Source: an actinobacterium SCGC AAA278-O22
Lineage (GTDB): Bacteria; Actinomycetota; Actinomycetes; Nanopelagicales; Nanopelagicaceae
Reading direction: 5' to 3'
NCBI GenBank assembly: GCA_000372185.1
Contig: AQUA01000001.1
Span: 94,055 to 158,054 of the forward strand
Length of the DNA: 64,000 nt
Below are positions 9,523-21,381 of this stretch, piece after piece. Below the pieces are notes generated by a model. It was not told the origin of the DNA. It ran no database searches and saw only the letters and a list, made by a program, of their open reading frames with translations. Numbering within the stretch: position 1 is the stretch's first letter; each line of letters begins with the position of its first letter. The position numbers and the translations under genes were made by a program.

Positions 9523-10182
9523 TCAAACTCTCTTCAGGAGTTGCGGCACTAATTTTCCGAATGAGCTAACCGGGTTGGCCTGCGAAATGACGAATAAGCC
9601 GTAACCACAAAGTGCCACCCAAGGATTTAAGAGTGATATCGGAACCAGAATCAATCCTGTGGTCGCACCGAAGAGCCAGAGAATTGGAAGCACTTTCTTC
9701 ATTTTCTTAACCGGATACGGGAAATCCTCAGTGAAGTTAACTTGGACTTTAAGTCTCATAAATAATCCAACTATCGAATTGATCCAATACTGACCAAATA
9801 GGCAGACGCCAAAGTAGAAAACTCCCCACTTGCGATTCGGAGTGTTGAGATTTTCAGCTAGTAGCGCAACACCGAATGGAATAAGGGCTACCCATGCCAT
9901 CGTAACTCCGTGGTTCCACACAATCCATGTGTTTGTTCCCTCTACGTATTGTCCAAGTGCGTGGTATCCGTACCACATTGAAAAAAGCACAAGGAACCCT
10001 AATGTGTAGGAAAGAAATGTCGGCCAGTGTTCGAGTAGCGCAGAATTTATATTCTCACTGTGGCTGATTTCTGGAACCAGAGCGACTACATCTAAACCCA
10101 ACAAGGTAAGCGCAATTGAAAAGACACCATCACTCAGCGAGTCAATCAATTTATGACTGATATGTTTGATTTTCTGTTCCAT
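9523..10182 (-). CDS. TMEM175 family potassium channel
   Basis: TM1 'SLSDGVFSIALTLL' resembles the (F)SDGVFAIAxTLL signature; W-x-x-x-H motif; 6 TM. Start moved to ATG 10182. Confidence 0.8.
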   Translation of the reverse strand: MEQKIKHISHKLIDSLSDGVFSIALTLLGLDVVALVPEISHSENINSALLEHWPTFLSYTLGFLVLFSMWYGYHALGQYVEGTNTWIVWNHGVTMAWVALIPFGVALLAENLNTPNRKWGVFYFGVCLFGQYWINSIVGLFMRLKVQVNFTEDFPYPVKKMKKVLPILWLFGATTGLILVPISLLNPWVALCGYGLFVISQANPVSSFGKLVPQLLKRV

Positions 10183-10313
10183 GAGTGCCTTCCGCTTTCG
10201 AATGGATACCGGAGAAAAATAACTGGAATTTAATGTGAATTCAGGCGACACGCTCGAACTCAGCCTGGTTCCAGCACAATACAGGTTCGATCAAATCAAA
10301 TCTCAACAAAGGA

Positions 10314-10358
10314 AATTGAAAGAGGACTGAGATGTTTAGTCTCAGTCCTCTTTCAATT
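10314..10358. terminator. 19-bp perfect inverted repeat, probable intrinsic terminator
   Basis: AATTGAAAGAGGACTGAGA-tgtttag-TCTCAGTCCTCTTTCAATT just after the stop at 10366. Confidence 0.75.
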
Positions 10359-10365
10359 GAGTTTT

Positions 10366-10725
10366 CTAGGCGCCAATAGCCTTAAATTGGAAGTACCAAA
10401 GGGCGATAATTCCTACAGCTGTGATTGCCATAAAGATCACAGGAGGTGCTTGGCGAGCATTTCTATTCCACTGCGAATCTTCGTTCTGAGGAATATCTTT
10501 TACATATGCTGCGATATCCCCAAAGACACCTAGTGCAAACACTAAGAAGAATGCTTCAATAATGCTTACGATGACTTTCCAACTAGTTTGAGCGTCTGGA
10601 TTAAGTTCTGCAAATGCGGTAATCGCAAAAATGCCTAGATTGGAAAAGAGTCCAATAAGCATGGTTTCTGAAGCTTGTGCTGCTGCAATTTCGTAACGCT
10701 TCTCATTGATTTCACGTAGGTCCAT
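10366..10725 (-). CDS. hypothetical 3-TM membrane protein
   Basis: ORF with three hydrophobic segments; ATG 10725 chosen; followed by a strong hairpin. Confidence 0.65.
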   Translation of the reverse strand: MDLREINEKRYEIAAAQASETMLIGLFSNLGIFAITAFAELNPDAQTSWKVIVSIIEAFFLVFALGVFGDIAAYVKDIPQNEDSQWNRNARQAPPVIFMAITAVGIIALWYFQFKAIGA

Positions 10726-10859
10726 AGTGTTGCCTATCTGGGAAGAACCAATTTGGTTGAAAGCAAAGTACTCCACCCAATAGGCGCGCTCAAGAACCTA
10801 TCGATGAATTTGAGGTAAATTTCCAAATCAGAGCAGGGTGGCGGATACCGCCAAGCGTA

Positions 10860-11111
10860 TTAAGCTACTGATTCGGTAAGAATTGAAACGCGGTCGTTAG
10901 AGACTGATAAGAAGCCTCCGCGAACTTGGAACTCCTGTGTTGTTCCATCTGTGCCTTTAATGCTGACGCTTCCGTCGACTAGTACGCCAAACAAAGGTGC
11001 GTGACCTGGGAGAACTCCAAGGTCACCTTCAGTGGTGCGAGCAGAGACAAATGTTGCCTCGCCCGACCACACCTGTTGTGTTGGCGATACTAGTGCGACG
11101 TTAAGAGCCAT
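10860..11111 (-). CDS. atpC: ATP synthase F1 epsilon subunit (N-terminal beta domain only)
   Basis: GDLGVLPGHAP, GGFLSV; last gene of the atp operon. Confidence 0.93.
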   Translation of the reverse strand: MALNVALVSPTQQVWSGEATFVSARTTEGDLGVLPGHAPLFGVLVDGSVSIKGTDGTTQEFQVRGGFLSVSNDRVSILTESVA

Positions 11112-11114
11112 GAG

Positions 11115-13447
<2,333 letters not shown>

Positions 13448-13450
13448 GAG

Positions 13451-15091
13451 TTACTTCTTCACCGCCGGTGGGACGTGCTTTGTAATTGCTTCTGCGCCTT
13501 CGCCATCGAGAGCCTTTGCAGGCGCCTCGTTAACAGCAGGAGCCACAGATGGCTTGAACTGCTTCTTGAAATCAGCAACTGCAGATTCCATCTTTGCAAC
13601 AGTGTCATCTTCGAGCTGCTTTGTCTCTGAGATCACTGTGAAGATGTCTTTGCGTTCGCGACCAATAAAGTCGAGAAGCTCTGATTCAAAGCGACGGATA
13701 TCAGCAACTGCAACATCATCGAGCTTGCCGGTTGTACCTGCCCAGATTGAAACAATCTGACGCTCGAGTGAATATGGTGAGTACTGACCCTGCTTAAGTA
13801 GTTCAACCATACGTGCACCGCGCTCTAGCTGAGCCTTTGATGCAGCATCAAGGTCTGAACCGAAAGCTGCGAAAGCTTCGAGTTCACGGAACTGAGCGAG
13901 GTCAAGACGTAGACGACCAGCGATCTTCTTCATCGCCTTAGTCTGTGCAGAACCACCCACGCGAGAAACTGAGATACCTACGTTGATCGCTGGACGAACA
14001 CCAGCGTTGAAGAGATCTGTTTCAAGGAAGCACTGTCCGTCAGTAATAGAAATTACGTTGGTAGGGATAAATGCAGAAACGTCATTTCCCTTTGTTTCAA
14101 TGATTGGCAAGCCTGTCATTGAACCGCCACCGAGATCATCAGATAGCTTTGCGCAACGCTCGAGAAGACGTGAGTGTAAGTAGAAAACGTCTCCTGGATA
14201 CGCTTCGCGGCCTGGTGGACGACGAAGTAGAAGTGAGACTGAACGATAAGCCTCAGCTTGCTTAGAGAGATCATCAAAAACAATAAGGACGTGTTGTCCG
14301 TTATACATCCAGTGCTGACCAATTGCAGAACCGGTGTATGGAGCGAGGTACTTAAATCCTGCTGGATCTGAAGCAGGGGACGCAACGATTGTTGTGTACT
14401 CCATTGCGCCAGCTTCTTCGAGTGCGCCTTTTACAGATGCAATCGTTGAACCCTTCTGACCAATAGCAACATAAATACACTTAACCTGCTTCTTTGGATC
14501 GCCTGACAACCAGTTTTCGCGCTGGTTAATAATTGTGTCGATTGCAACTGCAGTCTTACCAGTCTGACGGTCACCAATGATCAACTGGCGCTGTCCGCGA
14601 CCGATAGCTGTCATCGCATCGATTGCCTTAATACCTGTTGCCAGTGGCTCCTTAACAGGTTGACGCTGAACAACTGTTGGTGCCTGAAGTTCGAGAGCAC
14701 GACGTGCATCTGGCTTAATTTCGCCTTTGCCGTCGATTGGTCGACCAAGTGGGTCAACAACGCGACCGAGGAAGCCATCTCCGACAGGAACAGAGAGAAC
14801 TTCACCTGTACGACGTACAGATGATCCTTCTTCAATGCCTGCGTAATCGCCCAAGATAACAACACCGATTTCGCGCACGTCGAGGTTAAGTGCCAGTCCT
14901 AACGTTCCGTTCTCGAATTGAAGAAGTTCGTTAGCCATTGTTGAAGGAAGTCCTTCAACGCGAGCGATTCCATCGCCTGCCTGGCTTACTGTTCCGACTT
15001 CATCACGAGCCGCGGTGCCTGGATCGTATGACTTAACGAAATTCGCTAAGGCATCCCGAATTTCATTCGGTTGGATCTTGAGCTCTGCCAT
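13451..15091 (-). CDS. atpA: ATP synthase F1 alpha subunit
   Basis: [21 protein letters not shown]; start moved to MAELKI (ATG 15091). Confidence 0.98.
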   Translation of the reverse strand: MAELKIQPNEIRDALANFVKSYDPGTAARDEVGTVSQAGDGIARVEGLPSTMANELLQFENGTLGLALNLDVREIGVVILGDYAGIEEGSSVRRTGEVLSVPVGDGFLGRVVDPLGRPIDGKGEIKPDARRALELQAPTVVQRQPVKEPLATGIKAIDAMTAIGRGQRQLIIGDRQTGKTAVAIDTIINQRENWLSGDPKKQVKCIYVAIGQKGSTIASVKGALEEAGAMEYTTIVASPASDPAGFKYLAPYTGSAIGQHWMYNGQHVLIVFDDLSKQAEAYRSVSLLLRRPPGREAYPGDVFYLHSRLLERCAKLSDDLGGGSMTGLPIIETKGNDVSAFIPTNVISITDGQCFLETDLFNAGVRPAINVGISVSRVGGSAQTKAMKKIAGRLRLDLAQFRELEAFAAFGSDLDAASKAQLERGARMVELLKQGQYSPYSLERQIVSIWAGTTGKLDDVAVADIRRFESELLDFIGRERKDIFTVISETKQLEDDTVAKMESAVADFKKQFKPSVAPAVNEAPAKALDGEGAEAITKHVPPAVKK

Positions 15092-15113
15092 GAGTTTCCC
15101 CTTTATTTCCTGT

Positions 15114-15947
15114 TTATTTATTTCCCGCAAGTGCGCGTCCGGCACTTGCAAGTCGATGTGAAACGCTTCCATCTACAAGTTCATCTGCAAACTTGACCGA
15201 AACTCCACCGAGGATTGATGGTTCAACCTCGATGTTGACGCGGATTGGTTGACCAACCTGCTTTTCGATTGCTGCTGCAAGACGAGACTTTTGAGCATCT
15301 GAAATTGCAGATGCAACGCGAATTACCGCGATTAAACGGTTGCGGCGATTAGCAAGACCATATAGGTAGTCAGCGAAAGCCGCTTCAATACTACGTCCGC
15401 GAAGACTTGAGACAAGCGCAACTGCTAGTCGTACAGTTGAAGCTGATGCCTTCTTAGAAAGTACCTCAGTAATAAGCGCAGATTTGGCTTCAGGTGTTCC
15501 AGTACCTACCAAAGCTTTACGCAATTCGAAGTTATCGATAATGAGCTGTGATGTCTCGAAGAGTTCATCTTCTACGCGATCGAGTTCATTATTGATATTT
15601 GCAGCAGATGCCTCAGCTTCGATGGCCAATTGCTCAAGCACATGCACTAGGTCTCCTGCAGCTGACCAACGAAGCGTTGATACATCTGTGAGTATTTCTA
15701 GCGCTGGTGCAGCAAGTGAGTTTGCGAAGAGATCCTTAACGAGAGCGCCCTTTGAGGCGACATCGCGCGAAGTATCTGAAAATGCACGGCGAATTGAAGT
15801 GTTCTTTGAGAGAACGTCAGCTGCAAAGAAAAGTTGAGATGAGAGTTCAGAAGCAGATGCAGCTGTCGCGCCCTTGACGGCAGCATCAAGCTTGCCGCGA
15901 GCAGCCACGAGTGACTGACGGCTACTTCCTCCGAGATGGATTCTCAT
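15114..15947 (-). CDS. atpH: ATP synthase delta subunit (long actinobacterial form)
   Basis: C-terminal '[20 protein letters not shown]'; position in operon. Confidence 0.93.
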   Translation of the reverse strand: MRIHLGGSSRQSLVAARGKLDAAVKGATAASASELSSQLFFAADVLSKNTSIRRAFSDTSRDVASKGALVKDLFANSLAAPALEILTDVSTLRWSAAGDLVHVLEQLAIEAEASAANINNELDRVEDELFETSQLIIDNFELRKALVGTGTPEAKSALITEVLSKKASASTVRLAVALVSSLRGRSIEAAFADYLYGLANRRNRLIAVIRVASAISDAQKSRLAAAIEKQVGQPIRVNIEVEPSILGGVSVKFADELVDGSVSHRLASAGRALAGNK

Positions 15948-15982
15948 TCTCTTCTTTCTTCTTCTGGCTACTTAATTACTTT

Positions 15983-16516
15983 TTACTTGGACTTTTCGAG
16001 ATCTTCGATAAAACGATCCACGATCCGTGATTGACGGGCCTGGTCATCGAGAGCTTCCCCGACAATCTTTGATGCGAGTTCAACTGCAAGTGCACCCACT
16101 TCATTGCGAAGAGATGTGATTGCCTGCTGACGCTCTGCCTCAATAGATGCATGTGCTGCCGCTGTGATACGAGCTGCTTCATCCTGCGCTTTTGTGCGAA
16201 GCTCTTCGAGAATTGCTGCGCCCTGTACGCGCGCTTCTTCACGAAGCTTTGATGCTTCACCTTGAGCAGATGAAAGTTGTTCGTTGTACTGAACAAGTGC
16301 GCGCTGTGCTTCGAGCTGCGCTTGTTCAGCTTTCTTGATGCCACCTTCGATTGCTTCGGTGCGAGCTGCGAATGCCTTTTCAAACATTGGCACAACTGCC
16401 TTACGAAGTACGAGGAATAGCAAGGTGAAAGCGATTGTTCCGACAATTAGTTCGGCGGTGTGCGGAACTAGCGGGTTCGCTGCTTCTCCCTCGCTAAGCA
16501 AATTTAATGAGCGCAT
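15983..16516 (-). CDS. atpF: ATP synthase Fo b subunit
   Basis: NPLVP, single TM, long coiled coil, ALAVELASKIVGE. Confidence 0.95.
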   Translation of the reverse strand: MRSLNLLSEGEAANPLVPHTAELIVGTIAFTLLFLVLRKAVVPMFEKAFAARTEAIEGGIKKAEQAQLEAQRALVQYNEQLSSAQGEASKLREEARVQGAAILEELRTKAQDEAARITAAAHASIEAERQQAITSLRNEVGALAVELASKIVGEALDDQARQSRIVDRFIEDLEKSK

Positions 16517-16542
16517 TTTTTCCTCTACTTATTTTCTTGTAA

Positions 16543-16746
16543 TCAGAGAACGAATGCGAGAACGAGACCGAAGAGTGCGAGAGCTTCAGCGAGCGCGAAT
16601 CCGAGGAACGCGATTGGCTGGAGAACGCTACGTGCTTCTGGCTGACGAGCTACGCCGTTGATGTAAGCGGCGAAGATCATTCCTGTTGCAATTGCTGGAC
16701 CAATTGCTGATAGGCCAAAACCGACCAGGTTGAGTGTGCCTGTCAT
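16543..16746 (-). CDS. atpE: ATP synthase Fo c subunit (H+ type)
   Basis: ARQPE loop; proton-carrying Glu in FALAEAL. Confidence 0.96.
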   Translation of the reverse strand: MTGTLNLVGFGLSAIGPAIATGMIFAAYINGVARQPEARSVLQPIAFLGFALAEALALFGLVLAFVL

Positions 16747-16788
16747 TTTTCTTACCCTTTCATTAGGTTATTGCGTTAGGTGTTTCTG

Positions 16789-17580
16789 TTAGTGCTCGTC
16801 GGCAAGGGCGCCGGCGATGTAGAGAGCTGTAAGCAGGGTAAAGATGTACGCCTGCAGGCATTGCACCATAAATTCAAAGAATGTAAGGGCAATACCAAAT
16901 GCAAATGAGAATGGGCTAAATAGCTTCATGATCAGATGTGAATCATGGAGCATGTAGTCACCACCCATAATGAAGACGAGCAACAACAAGTGGCCCGCGA
17001 ACATATTTGCAAAGAGACGGAGTGAGAGCGTCAATGGACGCACGAGGAAGAAGGTCGCGACCTCAATAGGTGTCAGCAAGATATAGACAGGCTTTGGAAC
17101 ACCTGGCATAAATGCGATCTCTTTAAGGTACTTACCAAGACCCTGCTTGCGAATACCCACGTAGTGAAAGACGACGAAGGTAAAAACTGCAAGCACATAA
17201 GGGAATCCAACGTGAGACATGGCCGGAAATTGCAAGAAAGGAACAATTCCGAAGATGTTGTTGGTAAGAACGAAGGTAAAGAGTGTGAAGAGGTAAGGCA
17301 CAAAGCGCATGAAATCGTGGCCGATAACGTCGCGAGCAAGATCGTTTCGCACAAATGCGTAGATACTTTCTCCAGCGAACTGCAGCTTCGAAGGCACCAC
17401 GGCGGCCTTACGTGCCGAGAGAATAAAGAAAACTGAAACGACGATTACTGAGAGAAATACGAGAAGAACTGGTTTTGTCAGCCACGCAATGGAGTCAGTG
17501 ACAGGAGGAAGGTTAAAGTCGTTTGTGCTTGGTGGGACGAATCCATCACCAGCTGCGTATTGATGAGCAAACGCGCGCAC
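16789..17580 (-). CDS. atpB: ATP synthase Fo a subunit
   Basis: LSLRLFANMFAGH, LQAYIF; GTG start after AGGAG. Confidence 0.96.
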   Translation of the reverse strand: MRAFAHQYAAGDGFVPPSTNDFNLPPVTDSIAWLTKPVLLVFLSVIVVSVFFILSARKAAVVPSKLQFAGESIYAFVRNDLARDVIGHDFMRFVPYLFTLFTFVLTNNIFGIVPFLQFPAMSHVGFPYVLAVFTFVVFHYVGIRKQGLGKYLKEIAFMPGVPKPVYILLTPIEVATFFLVRPLTLSLRLFANMFAGHLLLLVFIMGGDYMLHDSHLIMKLFSPFSFAFGIALTFFEFMVQCLQAYIFTLLTALYIAGALADEH

Positions 17581-17722
17581 ACACACTCCTCAAGAAATCG
17601 TGGGTTATAGACCAAACGCTGGGGAAGCGCTGAAGCAGGGCAACCTTATGGGGAAAAGTGGCTACCTGTGAAATCGAAGAGAAGCGGGTCACGCGTGGGG
17701 CTAGTCACTTCCCCAGCGGCAG

Positions 17723-17926
17723 TTACTCTCGTCCGAATCTCAACCAGACGAGGTAGAGGGCGCCGCCCATACCGACCAAGAGGCCGATCAAGGTGAGGTA
17801 GGTGGTCTTAAAGAAATGGTCTGCAGCCCAGCCAACGCCACCCCAGAAGAGAAGTCCCGAAACGAGATATCCGAAGATCGACCAGAGAGCGTTCTCTTCG
17901 CGGCGGTTACTTGGTTCTTGGCTCAT
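17723..17926 (-). CDS. AtpZ/AtpI family small membrane protein
   Basis: Two TM segments 'GLLFWGGVGWAADHFF...GLLVG', upstream of atpB. Confidence 0.8.
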   Translation of the reverse strand: MSQEPSNRREENALWSIFGYLVSGLLFWGGVGWAADHFFKTTYLTLIGLLVGMGGALYLVWLRFGRE

Positions 17927-18335
17927 GCGGCAATGGTAGATGAGTTTTCAACTTTAGATAACTAGCAATTTCTCCGCCTAACCAGGCAAAAGTGAGCGCA
18001 ATTGCAGTGACCCCAAAGCTGGTGCGGTCGATGGTCGAACGAGAGGTGTACTTAGTCAGAGCCCAGAGAAATGCGCCGAGCAGCAAGAACTTTGCAAAGT
18101 AGGAGAACATCGCAAGTGCCATCGTGCTCATGGGATCTAAATTACGAGAAATTTTTGAGATAAAGATATGAACCAGGAAATAAATGAGTACAACTGCTTG
18201 TGCAAGTAAGGCGCCACTCAGCCCCGGAAGCCCCTTTGAGAAACCAAATATTCCTATTGCAACGATGCCCACGATAAAAGTTGGTACAAGTGCTCCACGT
18301 AATAGCTGTTCTTCATTGCTGGGAACTTTAGACAT
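17907..18335 (-). CDS. ATP synthase protein I-like membrane protein
   Basis: Four TM segments with 'SYFAKF'; conserved position between wecA and atpB. Confidence 0.7.
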   Translation of the reverse strand: MSKVPSNEEQLLRGALVPTFIVGIVAIGIFGFSKGLPGLSGALLAQAVVLIYFLVHIFISKISRNLDPMSTMALAMFSYFAKFLLLGAFLWALTKYTSRSTIDRTSFGVTAIALTFAWLGGEIASYLKLKTHLPLPHEPRTK

Positions 18336-19407
18336 CTGCACGTGCTCCTCTCTTGGAGAACCTTAAGGTAAATGCCAACATCGCTCCTGCGACAATCGCT
18401 GCTACCCATAGCGGTTCGAAGGCAGAGACAACGACTGGGAATGCAATAGTTGCAGTCCACAAATACATAATGAGAGTTGTGCGCAAATGTGTATTGCCAG
18501 CGCGGAGAATGCGATGGTGCATATGTTCTTTATCTGAACTAAAGGGCGATTGTCCTGCCCGAAGTCGGCGAATAATCGCTGAGAATAAATCAATAAGTGG
18601 AATGGCAAGTACTGCTAGCGGCAACATCAGAGGCAGCAATGTTGGACCCAGCTTCTCAGCAGAAATGGCGTTGGGGTCTATCTGGCCAGTCAGGGTAATT
18701 GCAGAAGCTGCCAGCAGAAGCCCAAGAAACATCGAACCGGAATCGCCCATAAATATCTTCGCTGGATGTGCGTTATGAGGCAAGAATCCGATGCACACGC
18801 CAATGATGACTGCGGTAATAAGTGATGGCGCACCTGCGCGGCTAAAGCCATAGATAACAGCCAATAAGTAAGCAAAGGCGAAGAATGCTGCACCTGAAAT
18901 TGCAACGATGCCAGCTGCGAGACCGTCGAGACCGTCGATAAAGTTAACGGCATTGATTGTGACAAGCACAATCACAACAGTTACTAGTTGACCAATGCTT
19001 GGCGGAAGTGTGATGACTCCATTAATGGGAAGCCACAAAACTTGAATACCGAAGATTAAGAGAATTCCGGCAGCGAGAGCTTGTCCTGCAAGTTTTGTTA
19101 CGGCATCGAGTTCGAATCGATCGTCAATCAAACCAATGGCTACCAGTAACGTTGCTGCCAGGAAAATTCCCAGCGACTCGCGACCAAATGATTTTCCGAC
19201 AAGTGATAAGTGATTGACCATCGCAAAGGTGAGTGCCATTGATATCCACATCGCAAGGCCACCCCAGCGAGGAGTCGGCGTTGTATGGATATCGCGCTTA
19301 CGTATTTCAGCAACTGCACCGAATCTCAAAGCCCAGGTTCGAACAAAGGGAGTAACTACATAACAGAGCGCTGCCGCCAGCAGAAGTGTGACGAGGTACT
19401 CGCGCAT
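18328..19407 (-). CDS. wecA: undecaprenyl/decaprenyl-phosphate GlcNAc-1-phosphate transferase (GT4 MraY/WecA family)
   Basis: PRWGG, GLIDD, NAVNFIDGLDGL, FMGDSG, HMHH. Confidence 0.88.
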   Translation of the reverse strand: MREYLVTLLLAAALCYVVTPFVRTWALRFGAVAEIRKRDIHTTPTPRWGGLAMWISMALTFAMVNHLSLVGKSFGRESLGIFLAATLLVAIGLIDDRFELDAVTKLAGQALAAGILLIFGIQVLWLPINGVITLPPSIGQLVTVVIVLVTINAVNFIDGLDGLAAGIVAISGAAFFAFAYLLAVIYGFSRAGAPSLITAVIIGVCIGFLPHNAHPAKIFMGDSGSMFLGLLLAASAITLTGQIDPNAISAEKLGPTLLPLMLPLAVLAIPLIDLFSAIIRRLRAGQSPFSSDKEHMHHRILRAGNTHLRTTLIMYLWTATIAFPVVVSAFEPLWVAAIVAGAMLAFTLRFSKRGARADV

Positions 19408-19423
19408 CGGTTAAATGTTTTCG

Positions 19424-20686
19424 TTACGCCTGATAGATAGGAAAGCGTGCTGTGAGCGCATGAACTTCAGATTTAATCGCAGCATGTGCTGATGCATCGT
19501 CAGTCTTGATTGCTCGTGCAATAAGTGAAGCGATGATCTTCATCTCGTCGACACCCATTCCCTGAGTTGTTGTCGCAGGAGTTCCGACGCGAATTCCTGA
19601 CGTGACTGATGGAGCTTCTGGATCATAAGGAATTGAGTTCTTATTAAGAACAATGCCAGCAGCGCCACAGCGTTCATCAGCTACCTTGCCGTTCACACCT
19701 GAAGAGCGAATATCAATGAGTGCAAGGTGGGTCTGGGTTCCACCAGAGACGGCACGCATTCCTTCGCCTTCGAGAGCTGCTGCAAGTGCTTGCGCATTGA
19801 CGATGACATCTTTGGCATACTTTTGATAAGCCGGCGTTGCACATTCAGCGAGAGCAATTGCCTTACCTGCAACTGCAGACATAATCGGCCCACCCTGCAT
19901 ACCTGGGAATACCGCCTTATCAATTGCTGCTGCATGTTCTGCCTTTGACAAGATCATTCCACCGCGTGGTCCGCGTAAAACTTTATGTGTTGTAAATGAA
20001 ACAACATCGGCAAATGGAACAGGTGAAGGAATCGCCTTACCTGCTACCAAACCGATGAAGTGGGCCGCATCGACCCACATGATTGCACCAACTTCGTCGC
20101 AGATTGCGCGGACTTTCTCAAAATCAATGAGTGATGGATAGGCAGTTGCACCTGAACAGATCATCTTTGGTTTATTGGCAATCGCTAAATCACGAAGTTC
20201 GTCGTAATCGATGAGTTCGTTATCTTGGCGAACGCCATAAGAAACGATGTTGAACCATTTGCCAGAGAAGTTGACCTTTGAACCATGGGTGAGATGGCCG
20301 CCGTGAGGTAGTGACATAGCAAGAACTGTGTCGCCGGGCTTGGTAAATGCTTGATAAACAGCAACGTTTGCACTTGCTCCTGAGTGAGGTTGAACATTTG
20401 CATGCTCTGCTCCGAATAGTGACTTGGCGCGGTCAATGGCAATCACTTCGGCCTTATCAACTTCTTCGCATCCACCGTAGTAACGCTTACCTGGATAGCC
20501 CTCTGCATACTTATTAGAAAGTGTTGAACCGAGAGCTGCAAGTACTGCGCGCGATGTGAAGTTCTCGGATGCAATCAACTGCAGATTTGTCTGCTGACGC
20601 TTGAGTTCAGAGAGAAGTACCGCTGCGATATCTGGATCTTGCTTCGAGAGAAGGGTGAAATCAGGGCCATAGAAAGTTTCGGACAT
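19424..20686 (-). CDS. glyA: serine hydroxymethyltransferase
   Basis: LIASEN, YAEGYPGKRYYGG, TTHKVLRGPRGG. Confidence 0.97.
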   Translation of the reverse strand: MSETFYGPDFTLLSKQDPDIAAVLLSELKRQQTNLQLIASENFTSRAVLAALGSTLSNKYAEGYPGKRYYGGCEEVDKAEVIAIDRAKSLFGAEHANVQPHSGASANVAVYQAFTKPGDTVLAMSLPHGGHLTHGSKVNFSGKWFNIVSYGVRQDNELIDYDELRDLAIANKPKMICSGATAYPSLIDFEKVRAICDEVGAIMWVDAAHFIGLVAGKAIPSPVPFADVVSFTTHKVLRGPRGGMILSKAEHAAAIDKAVFPGMQGGPIMSAVAGKAIALAECATPAYQKYAKDVIVNAQALAAALEGEGMRAVSGGTQTHLALIDIRSSGVNGKVADERCGAAGIVLNKNSIPYDPEAPSVTSGIRVGTPATTTQGMGVDEMKIIASLIARAIKTDDASAHAAIKSEVHALTARFPIYQA

Positions 20687-20737
20687 GGCGACAGCCTAAT
20701 AGTTCAGGCGAGATTTTTCCGTTACGCCATAGATTCT

Positions 20738-21379
20738 CTACGCCAAAGAAAGGCGAGATGTGACCTTCTCCATCTCAGCTATCGAAATGGCTTCTTCGCG
20801 AACAACTCGCACGCCACCTGAATCTGCCTCAACGATAGTAGAGCGAGGGCCTGATTTGAGAGGGCCGTTGTCGAAGACCACTGCAACGTTCCAATCTTTT
20901 ATCTTGGTGCGATCAATCTTGAGCATCGGTGCTTCTCCTGCATGTGAAGCGCTTGCGACTGCAAGAGGACCAGACTCTTTAAGAAGAGCGCGTACAAATT
21001 TTGATTTTGGAACTCGCACATTAAACCAATCAAGGGCTTTGTCGTCGCCGAGATCCCAGTTGAGAACTGAGCTTGGTCTGAGTGTGACAGATAAGAGACC
21101 TGGCCAGAACTTATTACAAAGATTTTGTGTATCCGGAGATACATCACGTGAGATGCCTTTGACGGTATCCAAACTATGTGCCAGAACTTGAGCAACTACT
21201 CCGGTTTCATCTCCGCGGAGAACATGCATTGCACGAACAGCAAATGGAGAGAAAGCATCCGCCAAGTAAACATAACCGTGTTCGAGTGGAGCAACGATGA
21301 CGTAGCCGGCACGAATTTCTTTCAGCGCTCGAGCAACATGTTTCTTCTGTTCGCCCTGCTTGAGGTCAATGCGTGGCAT
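20738..21379 (-). CDS. Sua5/YrdC (TsaC)-fold protein with divergent active site
   Basis: Position after prmC and 'FWPGLLS', 'VRVP', 'STIV', 'REEAIS' fit the fold, but canonical catalytic motifs are altered. Confidence 0.8.
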   Translation of the reverse strand: MPRIDLKQGEQKKHVARALKEIRAGYVIVAPLEHGYVYLADAFSPFAVRAMHVLRGDETGVVAQVLAHSLDTVKGISRDVSPDTQNLCNKFWPGLLSVTLRPSSVLNWDLGDDKALDWFNVRVPKSKFVRALLKESGPLAVASASHAGEAPMLKIDRTKIKDWNVAVVFDNGPLKSGPRSTIVEADSGGVRVVREEAISIAEMEKVTSRLSLA

Positions 21380-21381
21380 TG

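Noticed and set aside
10183-10281. Possible riboswitch ahead of TMEM175 (CTGGAA/TTCCAG and CAGGC/GCCTG stems)
   Set aside because: Stems are short, I see no c-di-AMP or other recognisable consensus, and a -10 candidate would put part of the structure upstream of the TSS.
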